A model generated the notes under the pieces. The model did no database searches, was not told where the DNA came from, and saw only the letters and a list, made by a program, of their open reading frames with translations. DNA of 64,000 nucleotides, taken from contig OY970070.1 of assembly GCA_963705355.1 (NCBI GenBank), forward strand, positions 91,056 through 155,055. The letters run 5' to 3'. This document shows, in pieces, positions 33,258-41,794 of the stretch (position 1 is the first letter of the stretch; each line of letters begins with the position of its first letter). The position numbers and the translations under genes are program-made. This DNA comes from an uncultured Thermoplasmata archaeon. Its GTDB lineage: Archaea > Thermoplasmatota > Thermoplasmata > UBA10834.

Positions 33258-33577
33258 TAACTCAGTTTCTCTCCTCACTTATAACATCCAATCAAGAATA
33301 GAAGAAGAGACTGCCAAGTATTCAAATGCGGGTTTGTGTGCCGAACCGGAGAACGACGGGAATCACCTCCGTGGAGGGCTTTGATTAAAGGGGCGTCCGA
33401 TGTCTCTAGCCATGTCGGTATTTGTGAAGGAGTCATGATAAGACTGGTGAGCATCGACGGCCTCCGGCAACACTTGATTGCATCACGCGCGTAGTCTTTC
33501 GTAAACGCTCCTAGCTTTACCACTTTCGTTGATCCCAACACCAAGTTTTAACTTCTTAGACCCGATTCCCAGACATC

Positions 33578-34702
33578 ATGCCCAAGGAAAACGACTCAGA
33601 GTCCGAAGGCAAGCTGACTCGAGCGCCGAAGAGCAGACTTGGGAGACGTCCGTCTGAAGTATCGTTTCCTCGTGATACGCTGAAGAGGAGTCTCAAAGTT
33701 GCTGAATCTATTGAGAAGAACAACGCAGGCAAACCCTACAACAGGCTCGATCTCGCCCAATCTGTGTCTCTCTCGCCTAGCAGTTACTCATTTCGAAGTC
33801 TACTGAGGTCGTCGATTCGCCATGGTCTCACAGAAGGCAGCGAGAAGGCTGACAGGATACAGCTGACGGCGTTGGGCACATCTATCGTAAGCCCCGCTGA
33901 GGAAGGGGAAGTTGCGCGGGGGCTTCGAACGGCTTTACTGAAACCACCTCTGTTTAAGAAGATACTTGATTACTACGACAAGAAGAGGATCCCCCCAGAG
34001 GAATTGTTCAAGAACGCCTTGAAGAGGGAGTTTGGTGTCCCTGTCGAAGACGTTGATGTGTGTTTTCAGATTTTGATGCAGAACTTGAAAGATTATGGAC
34101 TGATTCAGAAGATCAAGGACAACGATTACCTGCAACTCGATAGGTTGAGTTCCGCGACTTCAGAGGGTGAAGAGGGAGTTCCTACCGAGGAATCCGAAGA
34201 AGAGAGAGCCGAAGTTCAAGTCAGAACAGAGGAAGAAGTGAGTCCCCCAGCGCCTACTCAGAAACCAAGAGATATTTTCGTAGCACATGGGAGAAACAAG
34301 AAACCGCTTGAGCAGCTCAAGACAATCCTTGCGCAATTCAAAGTACCTTTCAAGGTTGCGATAGATGAACCACACAAAGGTCGGGCAATCAGCGCGAAGG
34401 TCTCTGAATTGATGCGGGCATGCGGGTCCGGCATTTTCATTTTCACAGCAGACGAGGAAGCGACCGATGCTAATGGAAATCGACTGCTGAGGCCGAGCGA
34501 CAATGTGGTTTTCGAGCTTGGAGCAGGCACTGTTCTCTATGGTGACAAGATTGTTATACTCAGAGAGGAGGGTGTCTCCTTCGGCAGCGATTTCACGGAC
34601 TACGGCCACATCACTTTTGAAAAGGACAGACTGGACGCGAAGGCGCTAGACCTCATCAGGGAGCTTATTGGCTTGGGGTTCCTTCAAGTGACACCGACGT
34701 AG
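33578..34702 (+). CDS. protein with a C-terminal TIR-like nucleotide-binding domain (COG4271 / Cap12-Pycsar-effector type) and an unknown N-terminal domain
   Basis: The C-terminal 140 aa read IFVAHGRNKKPLEQLKTILAQF...PHKGRAISAKVSELMRACGSGIFIFTADE...DNVVFELGAG...IVILREEGVSFGSDFTDYGHITF. An acidic linker precedes them, and the N-terminal about 190 aa look wHTH-like. Confidence 0.7.
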   Translation: MPKENDSESEGKLTRAPKSRLGRRPSEVSFPRDTLKRSLKVAESIEKNNAGKPYNRLDLAQSVSLSPSSYSFRSLLRSSIRHGLTEGSEKADRIQLTALGTSIVSPAEEGEVARGLRTALLKPPLFKKILDYYDKKRIPPEELFKNALKREFGVPVEDVDVCFQILMQNLKDYGLIQKIKDNDYLQLDRLSSATSEGEEGVPTEESEEERAEVQVRTEEEVSPPAPTQKPRDIFVAHGRNKKPLEQLKTILAQFKVPFKVAIDEPHKGRAISAKVSELMRACGSGIFIFTADEEATDANGNRLLRPSDNVVFELGAGTVLYGDKIVILREEGVSFGSDFTDYGHITFEKDRLDAKALDLIRELIGLGFLQVTPT

Positions 34703-34829
34703 TCAGCCATTCCTTACCCTGAGTCATGATTGAAGTTGAGACGTCTAGTCAATGCATTTCTCAGGTTCAAGTCCGAGATGGTAAGACTAATACCCGGTCC
34801 ATGTATTCTGGAGTTGGGCAGGTGCAGCG

Positions 34830-35555
34830 GTGTTAAGGAAGAAGGACCGGGAGAGTCTTGCTCCAAAGGTTTTCCTTAGCTATTCCTCTGGAGATGCCAT
34901 GTTGGCGGGTCGTCTGAAGAGGTCCCTCGAGCAATACGGAGTGAGAGCCTTTCTTGCGCACGAAGACATTGTTCCAGGCGAGAAATGGACGAATGAAATC
35001 ATAAGCGAGCTCAAATCGTGCGACATATTTGTCCCGATTCTGACGGCTAAGTCAAAGGTTTCAGTATACGTCAATCAGGAAATTGGTTTCGTGCTTGCTG
35101 GCAAGGCGAGAATCATACCTCTCAAGATAGATGTTGACCCCTTTGGTTTCATGTCAGAGACCCAGGGAATGAAACCCATCAGAACTACAATCCGAACTCG
35201 AGACGGTGTTAGCCAAGAGATAGACTCGAACTCTTCTGCATGGCTGATTGTGGAGAAGATCATGCAGGATCCTCAGCTCAGAGATGCGCTGAAACGCAGT
35301 GTAATTGACGATATGCACAATAGCAGAAGCTTCAAAGAAACCCGCTCTAGGACGCGAGTGCTGGAGTGTTTCAGCGAATTTGGCCAGAGGGAAGTTCGAG
35401 AACTCGCTAGAGCAGCAGCCAGCAATAGGCAGATTTTCGAGGAGGAGTACAAAGGGAAGAAGTTCTTGCAGGTATTCTTCAAGAATCACCGCAGATACCT
35501 AACTGATGACTTGGCATTGAGTCTCACTATGAAGGGTTTCCTCGAGGGGGAGTGA
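34830..35555 (+). CDS. TIR domain protein with an unknown C-terminal helical domain
   Basis: The N-terminus reads KVFLSYSSGDAMLAGRLKRSLEQYGVRAFLAHEDIVPGEKWTNEIISELKSCDIFVPILT...VYVNQEIGF, a canonical TIR_2-type pattern that includes the conserved Glu. Confidence 0.8.
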   Translation: MLRKKDRESLAPKVFLSYSSGDAMLAGRLKRSLEQYGVRAFLAHEDIVPGEKWTNEIISELKSCDIFVPILTAKSKVSVYVNQEIGFVLAGKARIIPLKIDVDPFGFMSETQGMKPIRTTIRTRDGVSQEIDSNSSAWLIVEKIMQDPQLRDALKRSVIDDMHNSRSFKETRSRTRVLECFSEFGQREVRELARAAASNRQIFEEEYKGKKFLQVFFKNHRRYLTDDLALSLTMKGFLEGE

Positions 35556-35769
35556 ATGGGATTATCTCGTTCCTGAATGTAGGGAACGAGAGATGTTCCT
35601 TCCACATCCGGAGACACTGGATGCCCTTTAATCAATGGACTATTGCAGCGAGCTGGGCAAAGGTACACTAGGGCCTTTTGAATCCGATTCGAGTCAAAGT
35701 GGAGACGAGCAGCGGCAGAGTTTGTATCCTATCGCATGCATGCCTGGAAACCTGATTCAGAATCAGTTG

Positions 35770-36798
35770 CTAGGCTCCTATTAGACCGTTTCTTTCCAGC
35801 GGTACCTTGTATCGGCTTTTGCCAAGAATCTCCTTGGCATAGGCCTCGTATTCACTGCCTCTCTTCAGCTTTCTTGTCAGATTGACTTCTTGCTGAAACA
35901 CCCAAGCATTGTGTAATGCGCGGAGTCCGAAGCTTCTTCGTAGTCCTTTGAGCCCCTCTCTCCGACATGCCGGACACCTGCAGTTGTCAAGCAACTCCCT
36001 TTCGTGTCTACCAAGCTTCCTTTTGATGGCAGAGCGTTCGTTGGACGTTATGTACCGATCTCCTATCCCTGGGAGTTGAATTGCCCCATAAGCCGCCTTT
36101 GTTCTCCATGCTGAGCTATCAATCGAATCAATACCAATCAAGAACATGAGATGCATTGTAATCGTGCTACCGACGCCAAACGTGTGAAGTCTAGCTTCCG
36201 GCAAACGCTGACGCACATAAGCCAGAATAGAAATCGCCTGAGTAATACCCATGGCACCCTTGAGCTTGAACAATGAAGGAACTAGGCTGCCAATTCCGAC
36301 TAGGTCGAATCTGCCACGGGTTTGAAGTCTCGAAATATACCAGCTAACTGACTCAATCGAATGTCCGTGAATTACTGGAACCATACTGGGGTTGTTGGTG
36401 GTCCTTAGCCTGAGCATTGCAGAAAGGTTCCGTAAACTCACATTCTGTCTGGAACGTTCTTGATATCTGCGAATCCCTGGTCGCAAGGGGTGGTCCAGCG
36501 CAACGCAGTACTCAGGATGACTTGCTTCGTAGAGATCCAGCACTTCCTCGAGGCCGAATCTTGGCTTGCGGTCTCGGAGAATGAGGTATCCACCAGAGTC
36601 CATCATTATTGAGCCTGAGAAACGTAGTGATTTGTGAATGCCATTTGCGGTGACTCGGTCAGTCCATGCCGGCGATTGAAGAATCTCTTGGGCATTGACC
36701 ATCAGGTTCTCAATCCTAAAATGCTCCCATGGCCGCGGACTACCGTCTATGCTGTGTGTGAGCCAGAAGAGAGGACTACGATCTGTCACCAAGTGCAA
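35770..36798 (-). CDS. tRNA-guanine transglycosylase superfamily protein (DpdA / Cap10 / ArcTGT-core-like), no PUA domain
   Basis: MMDSGGYL (catalytic DSGG), VALDHP, and the zinc site CRCPACRRE...LHNAW. It is 342 aa. The start may be the internal Met (MVNAQ), which would remove the 23-nt overlap with the upstream gene. Confidence 0.75.
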   Translation of the reverse strand: MHLVTDRSPLFWLTHSIDGSPRPWEHFRIENLMVNAQEILQSPAWTDRVTANGIHKSLRFSGSIMMDSGGYLILRDRKPRFGLEEVLDLYEASHPEYCVALDHPLRPGIRRYQERSRQNVSLRNLSAMLRLRTTNNPSMVPVIHGHSIESVSWYISRLQTRGRFDLVGIGSLVPSLFKLKGAMGITQAISILAYVRQRLPEARLHTFGVGSTITMHLMFLIGIDSIDSSAWRTKAAYGAIQLPGIGDRYITSNERSAIKRKLGRHERELLDNCRCPACRREGLKGLRRSFGLRALHNAWVFQQEVNLTRKLKRGSEYEAYAKEILGKSRYKVPLERNGLIGA

Positions 36799-37534
36799 CC
36801 TCCAGCGAAGATCTCAAGTGACATTGAGCCACAGGATGAGCAGGCCCATACATGTCCCAAGCAAAGGCGCCCCTGGATGTGACAAGAGATCGAATCTGTG
36901 CTCTATTCGGAACGAATCTGATTGGGACTCCAGAGACATCTGACGCAATCTCTAGAATCCTCCTATGAGTATGATCCCCCTTGAAGGCGAGAGAAGATGA
37001 GCAGTATCGAACGCACGCAATTAGGGTCGCAAAACGCCTTAGGTAATTCCTCTCAAGAAACCTGCCTACTGCCTTCCCGATGATTTCTAGACACTGCCGG
37101 ACAGTATCTGGGTCATAGTCTATTGAATTCCTCTCGCACCACCATTGGAAAAGGCCCGGACAGTCATAGTTCCACTGCGTGTCATCATAGAATTCCTGGG
37201 GTACCAAGCCAAAAGGCTCTGACACTGTGGCCAGGTGGATTTTCCCTTTGCTTCCATTGATTTGATTCAGAGTCTCAAGTAGTATTCTATAGGATCTTGA
37301 CTCCAGGTAGGGTTTTGTCGCCGTACACGGGAACAAAAGCAACACCTCTCTCCTTGGCATAACGTATTTGGATTCGATGAAATCCAGCCAATCCCTTATT
37401 GTTGAATTGTTATTCAGGCCGTCTAATACATCTTCGGGACTACGCAAGACCAGCGCAGTTTCTCTTCTGCGTTCGCTCGCAGAATCAGAGAATGTCAATT
37501 TCGATTTCTCCTTTGTAGAACAAAGATTTCTCAC
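36776..37534 (-). CDS. stand-alone DUF5591 (ArcS C1-domain-like) protein
   Basis: It contains LLLFPCTATKPYLESRSY. This is the ArcS signature PC-x3-KPY-x2-S-x2-H with the final His replaced by Tyr. Confidence 0.65.
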   Translation of the reverse strand: MRNLCSTKEKSKLTFSDSASERRRETALVLRSPEDVLDGLNNNSTIRDWLDFIESKYVMPRREVLLLFPCTATKPYLESRSYRILLETLNQINGSKGKIHLATVSEPFGLVPQEFYDDTQWNYDCPGLFQWWCERNSIDYDPDTVRQCLEIIGKAVGRFLERNYLRRFATLIACVRYCSSSLAFKGDHTHRRILEIASDVSGVPIRFVPNRAQIRSLVTSRGAFAWDMYGPAHPVAQCHLRSSLEVALGDRS

Positions 37535-37549
37535 CTCATACTAGGACAA

Positions 37550-40500
37550 TCATGGAATCAGGGCCACGCCCCCCTTAAGGAATCTCTTCTTTATCAGCCC
37601 TCTGAATACGCTGTCAACCTGGTCAGGGGACAGTGCAAGTTTTTTCTCCAGCTCTGAGTGCAAGTCTGAGAGTGGCAACCATCTGTTGCTGTCTTCTTTC
37701 AGGTGACCAAGTACTATTCCGAGAACGGAGGCCTCATCCTTGGTCAAGACTGGTGCAACAAGCGAATACATCAGTCTACGCGACCTCTGCATTGACGGGT
37801 CGTATTTCGATATCGGAGACCGCAATTCAAGCGGTTTGGTTCTTGAAAGGACCTTATCCAGACTCTCAAGTTCTTTCTCCAGAGCATCGCCAGATGCTAG
37901 AGTTTGTCTTTTTCGAGTTAGTGATACGAGGCGCCGAATGCTGGCTACAAATTCATCGATTTCAGATCGATAGTCAGTCCAAATCTCATTGACTCTCCCA
38001 GAAATAGCTTTCAGGTCCTGCTCGAGGACCGGGAGCTCTTTTTCGAAGATCCGAAGCACTTCCAGGATCTCTTTCGGGTCTTCCGACACTATCTTCGTTT
38101 TCAGCCCATCGTACTCTTCCTGGCGAGCGTCCAGACGTTCTCGCAGAGATAAGGTACCACTTTTCCACGGCTCGACGTCGAGTATTTCCTCCGCCCATTT
38201 GACTGACTCGCCCGCCTGGGCAAGCGCCGCAGAAAGGGAATTCTCGAAGCCATTTATGGTACTCAAATGGACAACGCATGAATGATAACCATCGAGGCCA
38301 GTCAGAATCTTGCCAGTTACGTTTTCGCAATACCTTTTCACATCCTGCAATCCGATTTTTCTTCGTTTTTCCAGCTGAATTCCTGCATATACGTCGAGGC
38401 TCTTGAGTCTCTTCAGGACCTCTGAAGTTAGAAGTGGATAGGGGGGATTGCCAATCGCATCGGCTTTTTCTCGAATTCGCTTGACCGAGTCATCGAGCCT
38501 TCGAAGATTCTCCTCGGCCAGGGTCAGTACCTTAAGATAGTTCACCAGCTTCGATTGCACATCTTCATTGATTTCGACGATCCTTTTTGTCTTGAGATTG
38601 AATCCAAAGGATTCATCATCGCTCTTGTTGAAGAGGAAGCATGATAATTCGCTCTCTTTGAGCCCTTTCTCGAGCTTCCGTAGATTCTGCAAGTCACTGT
38701 ATCCATGGTGAATGGACACTGCGCGGTCCTTCAACCCCGAAATCTCAACGAACTCATCAACATTCTCTGGCTCAACCTCAATCTTGAACCATCGTCTAAG
38801 GTTCGAGCACAGATTCGTGAGTCTCTCCTCGAAATCGCTCACACTTTTCTCAATGCTGAGGATGTTGTCCTCAGCAATCTTTACGGCTCCCCTAACATGC
38901 GGCAGAATTTCATCAAGCATATGCCTTGAGAGGCTGAGTGCCAAAGATGCTTTTTGACGGGTTAGAAGGTCGTCCGTTGTCGAGTCTGGGCTCCTGACAG
39001 GAGCCGATAGAGAGATCGCAATATCAAGTGCCTCCTTCGGCATAATCAGCCTTGATTCGCGCTCCTTGCGCACGAAAACATGACAATAGCCCCCGAGGCG
39101 CTTTGAATCGATTTGCCTTCTGAGCTCTTCCAAGGAAGTCTCCGCTTCTCTAGCGAGTTCGGTCTTGTCCCTGAGCGCAAAGAGTGTGTTTTTCTCATGC
39201 ACTACGCCTTCGTATTCAAGGAGATTCAGGTACACATTGCGAAGCAGTTTCCGAGAACGAGAAGCGAGGATGAAATGCTCCTCCAGCTGATTCTCCGGCA
39301 TTCCTTTCGTACTGCCAAGTATCTCGATGATCCTTTTTTCGATCGGATGCTGTAAAACATAAAGCGCCCCACTCTTGGGTCTGTATGCGAGGAATCCTGC
39401 TTCGACAAGATCTTCCGTCATGCTCTTGAACTTCTCCAGTCCTGAAATGTCTGGTATCAATCCCAGCCTCGAACTGTAGAACACAAACTTCAGCAATTCA
39501 TCCCGATTCCTTGCTAGTGCGGTGTCGGGGGTAGCATCCGACCCTCTAAGGTTGAGATAGAATTTCAGTGAATCAGCTAGTTCTCTTGGTGGGAATTGTG
39601 TCCTTAAGTCGTCAATCACCTTTCCTCCCATGGCTTGTCTTTTGAGCCAAGTCTCAACCTTCTGAGGAATGGTTAGTTCCTTGTTGACGAGATTCTCAAT
39701 CGCACTATTGTACAATTGCGATTCGATGCACTCCTTGTAGGACCTGCAAAGAACAGAGTCAATAATCACCCGCTTTGCGATAGCTGGATGAATCCGGATA
39801 TAGAGCGTTGAGTCCGAGCCCGCCTCTCCAAGTTCTTTTGCTTTTCTACAACTGGCAGCCTCTTTGCTCATCTCCCCAGAGTATAAGACAATCGCCAGAT
39901 GTAGGATTGGAGATGATCCCTTAGCTAGTTCATAGAGTCTGTCGACGTGGCCGGCCTCAAGGTCTCCATTCGCCGAATAGAATAATGTGACAATTCGAGC
40001 TCCGCCAGAAAAACTCAACAATGTAAGGACAAAGTCCGGCCCCTTTCTTAGCACCGACACTTCATTGTCGTCAATCATTCCAATCAAATCCACAACTGCA
40101 TTTGGCATATTCTCGTTGTAGAGATCAGAAAGATTTCTGTTGACTTCCCTCCATAGCTTGGCCCTGGTCTCTCGATTGTGGATATACTCTAGACCGGTCG
40201 GTACTGGAGTTGGAAAAACTCGCTGAAGAAGCTGTTCACTTGCTAGCACTTCCGACGGTCCTTCGGAGCACCTTCTTTCAACTATCTTGGCAAATTCAAT
40301 GGCATCTTCGGGTGCAATTCCTTCAAAAATGGCCAATGCAGAATCAAGATCGGCTGGCACGCATACCCTTGACTTTAGAATGCGGTCTTCTCCATAATCG
40401 TACCATGTTAGTCTATCTTCAACCGCGGCAAGCGGCTCCTCGTAGTTACCCATCTTCAATATCGAACGGTCCTCCTCTTTTGCAACAAACTTGGACAGGG

Positions 40501-41794
40501 CCTGCACAAGGTCAGTGAAGTTCAGGCCTTCCTTCAGCGCCTTGACCTTCAATACTGCGTGTTGGATTCCTTCTTCGCGTCTCAGCCTTTCGTTGATGAG
40601 GCCAATTGAACTCTTGAAATCACCATCAGACAAATGGATGCATGTCCTAACGTTTTCTTGGCTTATCGGCCCGAGGCTCCCTAGTAGAAGTCTCAGGAGG
40701 ATCAATGGCCCCTTCTCAGAGCCAGAATGACCCACTATTCTGAAGAGTCTGTCAAGGGTCTCGGGCTCCAAGCACCTCGTCTGGCCACCGTATACGAATA
40801 CGCGTTCCGACTGAAGGAATTCTAGAAGGGCCGTATGGTCTGCAATTCGCATTTCCTCTTGGGAGACACGCAGAGACTGAAAGAAATGAGCAAACAAGCT
40901 GACCATGACACCAGGGTTGCTTTGGCCAACTCGCGCAAGTGAGCTGAAAATCCCGGCGCTCTCAACAGGAAGAAAGTCCAACTTGCCTTCATAGCTGTAG
41001 CGCATAAGTTCATCCAGGAATCTTGCTGCCTCTCCCTTGCTAATCTGGGTTATCTCGATTTGGCCAACTCTGCGACCCAGCCCTCCAAAGATCAGGCTCG
41101 TGTCTCCGTCTGCCTGTAGTCTGAAGAATGCATCTGGAGTGCATGAAAGCATGAAATGGACTCTGCCTTGGAATTCCCCAGATTCATGAAGCAACGACTC
41201 AGGGCTGAGACTCTTCTTCGATTCCGATGGGATTTGTGGTGGATTAAGGATCTCTTTGAGGCCCGATATCACCTCACTAAGTCTCACTCTTCCAAGCAGT
41301 TCCTCGAACTCATCAATGAAGAAAATAAGGCGTGAGTCCCCCTGACATACGGCCTTGAGGCAATCACGGACGAACTGGAAAGAGTCAGAGTATCCATTTA
41401 CGGAAGGAAAAGGGAGCTCAGGGCTTGTTGACTTGGTAGCCGAGAACAGTGCCACCAGGAACCGTAAGGAGGATAAGGAAGTGTTGGAGATCGCTTCTTT
41501 TGCTTGGGGACTGTCATACGTGTTCGCCAGAGTCGAAGATGAGACGAAAAAGGCCTTGTGATTGTATCTCTTGCACCATGGGGCAATGTGCCTACGGTAT
41601 GCGTCTGTCTTTCCTTCTCCCCATTCTCCAAGCAAAACCCTCATTGAAGGGGCTCTCATCTTAGTGCACGACTCGAGCCAGTTCTCTATTTTCTTACCTA
41701 CAATCTCGCGAGAAGGTATTCTCGTGGTTTCGAATCCTTCGAAGGTCACACCAGCCTCGTTAGGCAATCGTTTCGGCGGTCTCATCGTATTCAT
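37550..41794 (-). CDS. 1414-aa P-loop NTPase (BrxC/PglY-, DUF2791- or KAP-like N-terminal ATPase) with a long helical/wHTH-like C-terminal region
   Basis: Walker A is LLGEWGEGKTDA (about 41606-41629) and Walker B is LIFFIDEFEELLG. The remaining about 1100 aa are helical with no recognisable catalytic motif. The ATG overlaps the HerA-like stop (ATGA at 41791-41794). Confidence 0.6.
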   Translation of the reverse strand: MNTMRPPKRLPNEAGVTFEGFETTRIPSREIVGKKIENWLESCTKMRAPSMRVLLGEWGEGKTDAYRRHIAPWCKRYNHKAFFVSSSTLANTYDSPQAKEAISNTSLSSLRFLVALFSATKSTSPELPFPSVNGYSDSFQFVRDCLKAVCQGDSRLIFFIDEFEELLGRVRLSEVISGLKEILNPPQIPSESKKSLSPESLLHESGEFQGRVHFMLSCTPDAFFRLQADGDTSLIFGGLGRRVGQIEITQISKGEAARFLDELMRYSYEGKLDFLPVESAGIFSSLARVGQSNPGVMVSLFAHFFQSLRVSQEEMRIADHTALLEFLQSERVFVYGGQTRCLEPETLDRLFRIVGHSGSEKGPLILLRLLLGSLGPISQENVRTCIHLSDGDFKSSIGLINERLRREEGIQHAVLKVKALKEGLNFTDLVQALSKFVAKEEDRSILKMGNYEEPLAAVEDRLTWYDYGEDRILKSRVCVPADLDSALAIFEGIAPEDAIEFAKIVERRCSEGPSEVLASEQLLQRVFPTPVPTGLEYIHNRETRAKLWREVNRNLSDLYNENMPNAVVDLIGMIDDNEVSVLRKGPDFVLTLLSFSGGARIVTLFYSANGDLEAGHVDRLYELAKGSSPILHLAIVLYSGEMSKEAASCRKAKELGEAGSDSTLYIRIHPAIAKRVIIDSVLCRSYKECIESQLYNSAIENLVNKELTIPQKVETWLKRQAMGGKVIDDLRTQFPPRELADSLKFYLNLRGSDATPDTALARNRDELLKFVFYSSRLGLIPDISGLEKFKSMTEDLVEAGFLAYRPKSGALYVLQHPIEKRIIEILGSTKGMPENQLEEHFILASRSRKLLRNVYLNLLEYEGVVHEKNTLFALRDKTELAREAETSLEELRRQIDSKRLGGYCHVFVRKERESRLIMPKEALDIAISLSAPVRSPDSTTDDLLTRQKASLALSLSRHMLDEILPHVRGAVKIAEDNILSIEKSVSDFEERLTNLCSNLRRWFKIEVEPENVDEFVEISGLKDRAVSIHHGYSDLQNLRKLEKGLKESELSCFLFNKSDDESFGFNLKTKRIVEINEDVQSKLVNYLKVLTLAEENLRRLDDSVKRIREKADAIGNPPYPLLTSEVLKRLKSLDVYAGIQLEKRRKIGLQDVKRYCENVTGKILTGLDGYHSCVVHLSTINGFENSLSAALAQAGESVKWAEEILDVEPWKSGTLSLRERLDARQEEYDGLKTKIVSEDPKEILEVLRIFEKELPVLEQDLKAISGRVNEIWTDYRSEIDEFVASIRRLVSLTRKRQTLASGDALEKELESLDKVLSRTKPLELRSPISKYDPSMQRSRRLMYSLVAPVLTKDEASVLGIVLGHLKEDSNRWLPLSDLHSELEKKLALSPDQVDSVFRGLIKKRFLKGGVALIP

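Noticed and set aside
35770-37534. Interpreting the TGT-like plus DUF5591 genes as the housekeeping (split) archaeosine tRNA-modification enzymes.
   Set aside because: This is not fully excluded, because split ArcTGT exists in Thermoplasma-type archaea. I judge it less likely because neither protein has a PUA domain. The genes are operonic with NurA/HerA and a giant NTPase, and they lie in a low-GC integrase island. The alternative is retained as the main refutation test.
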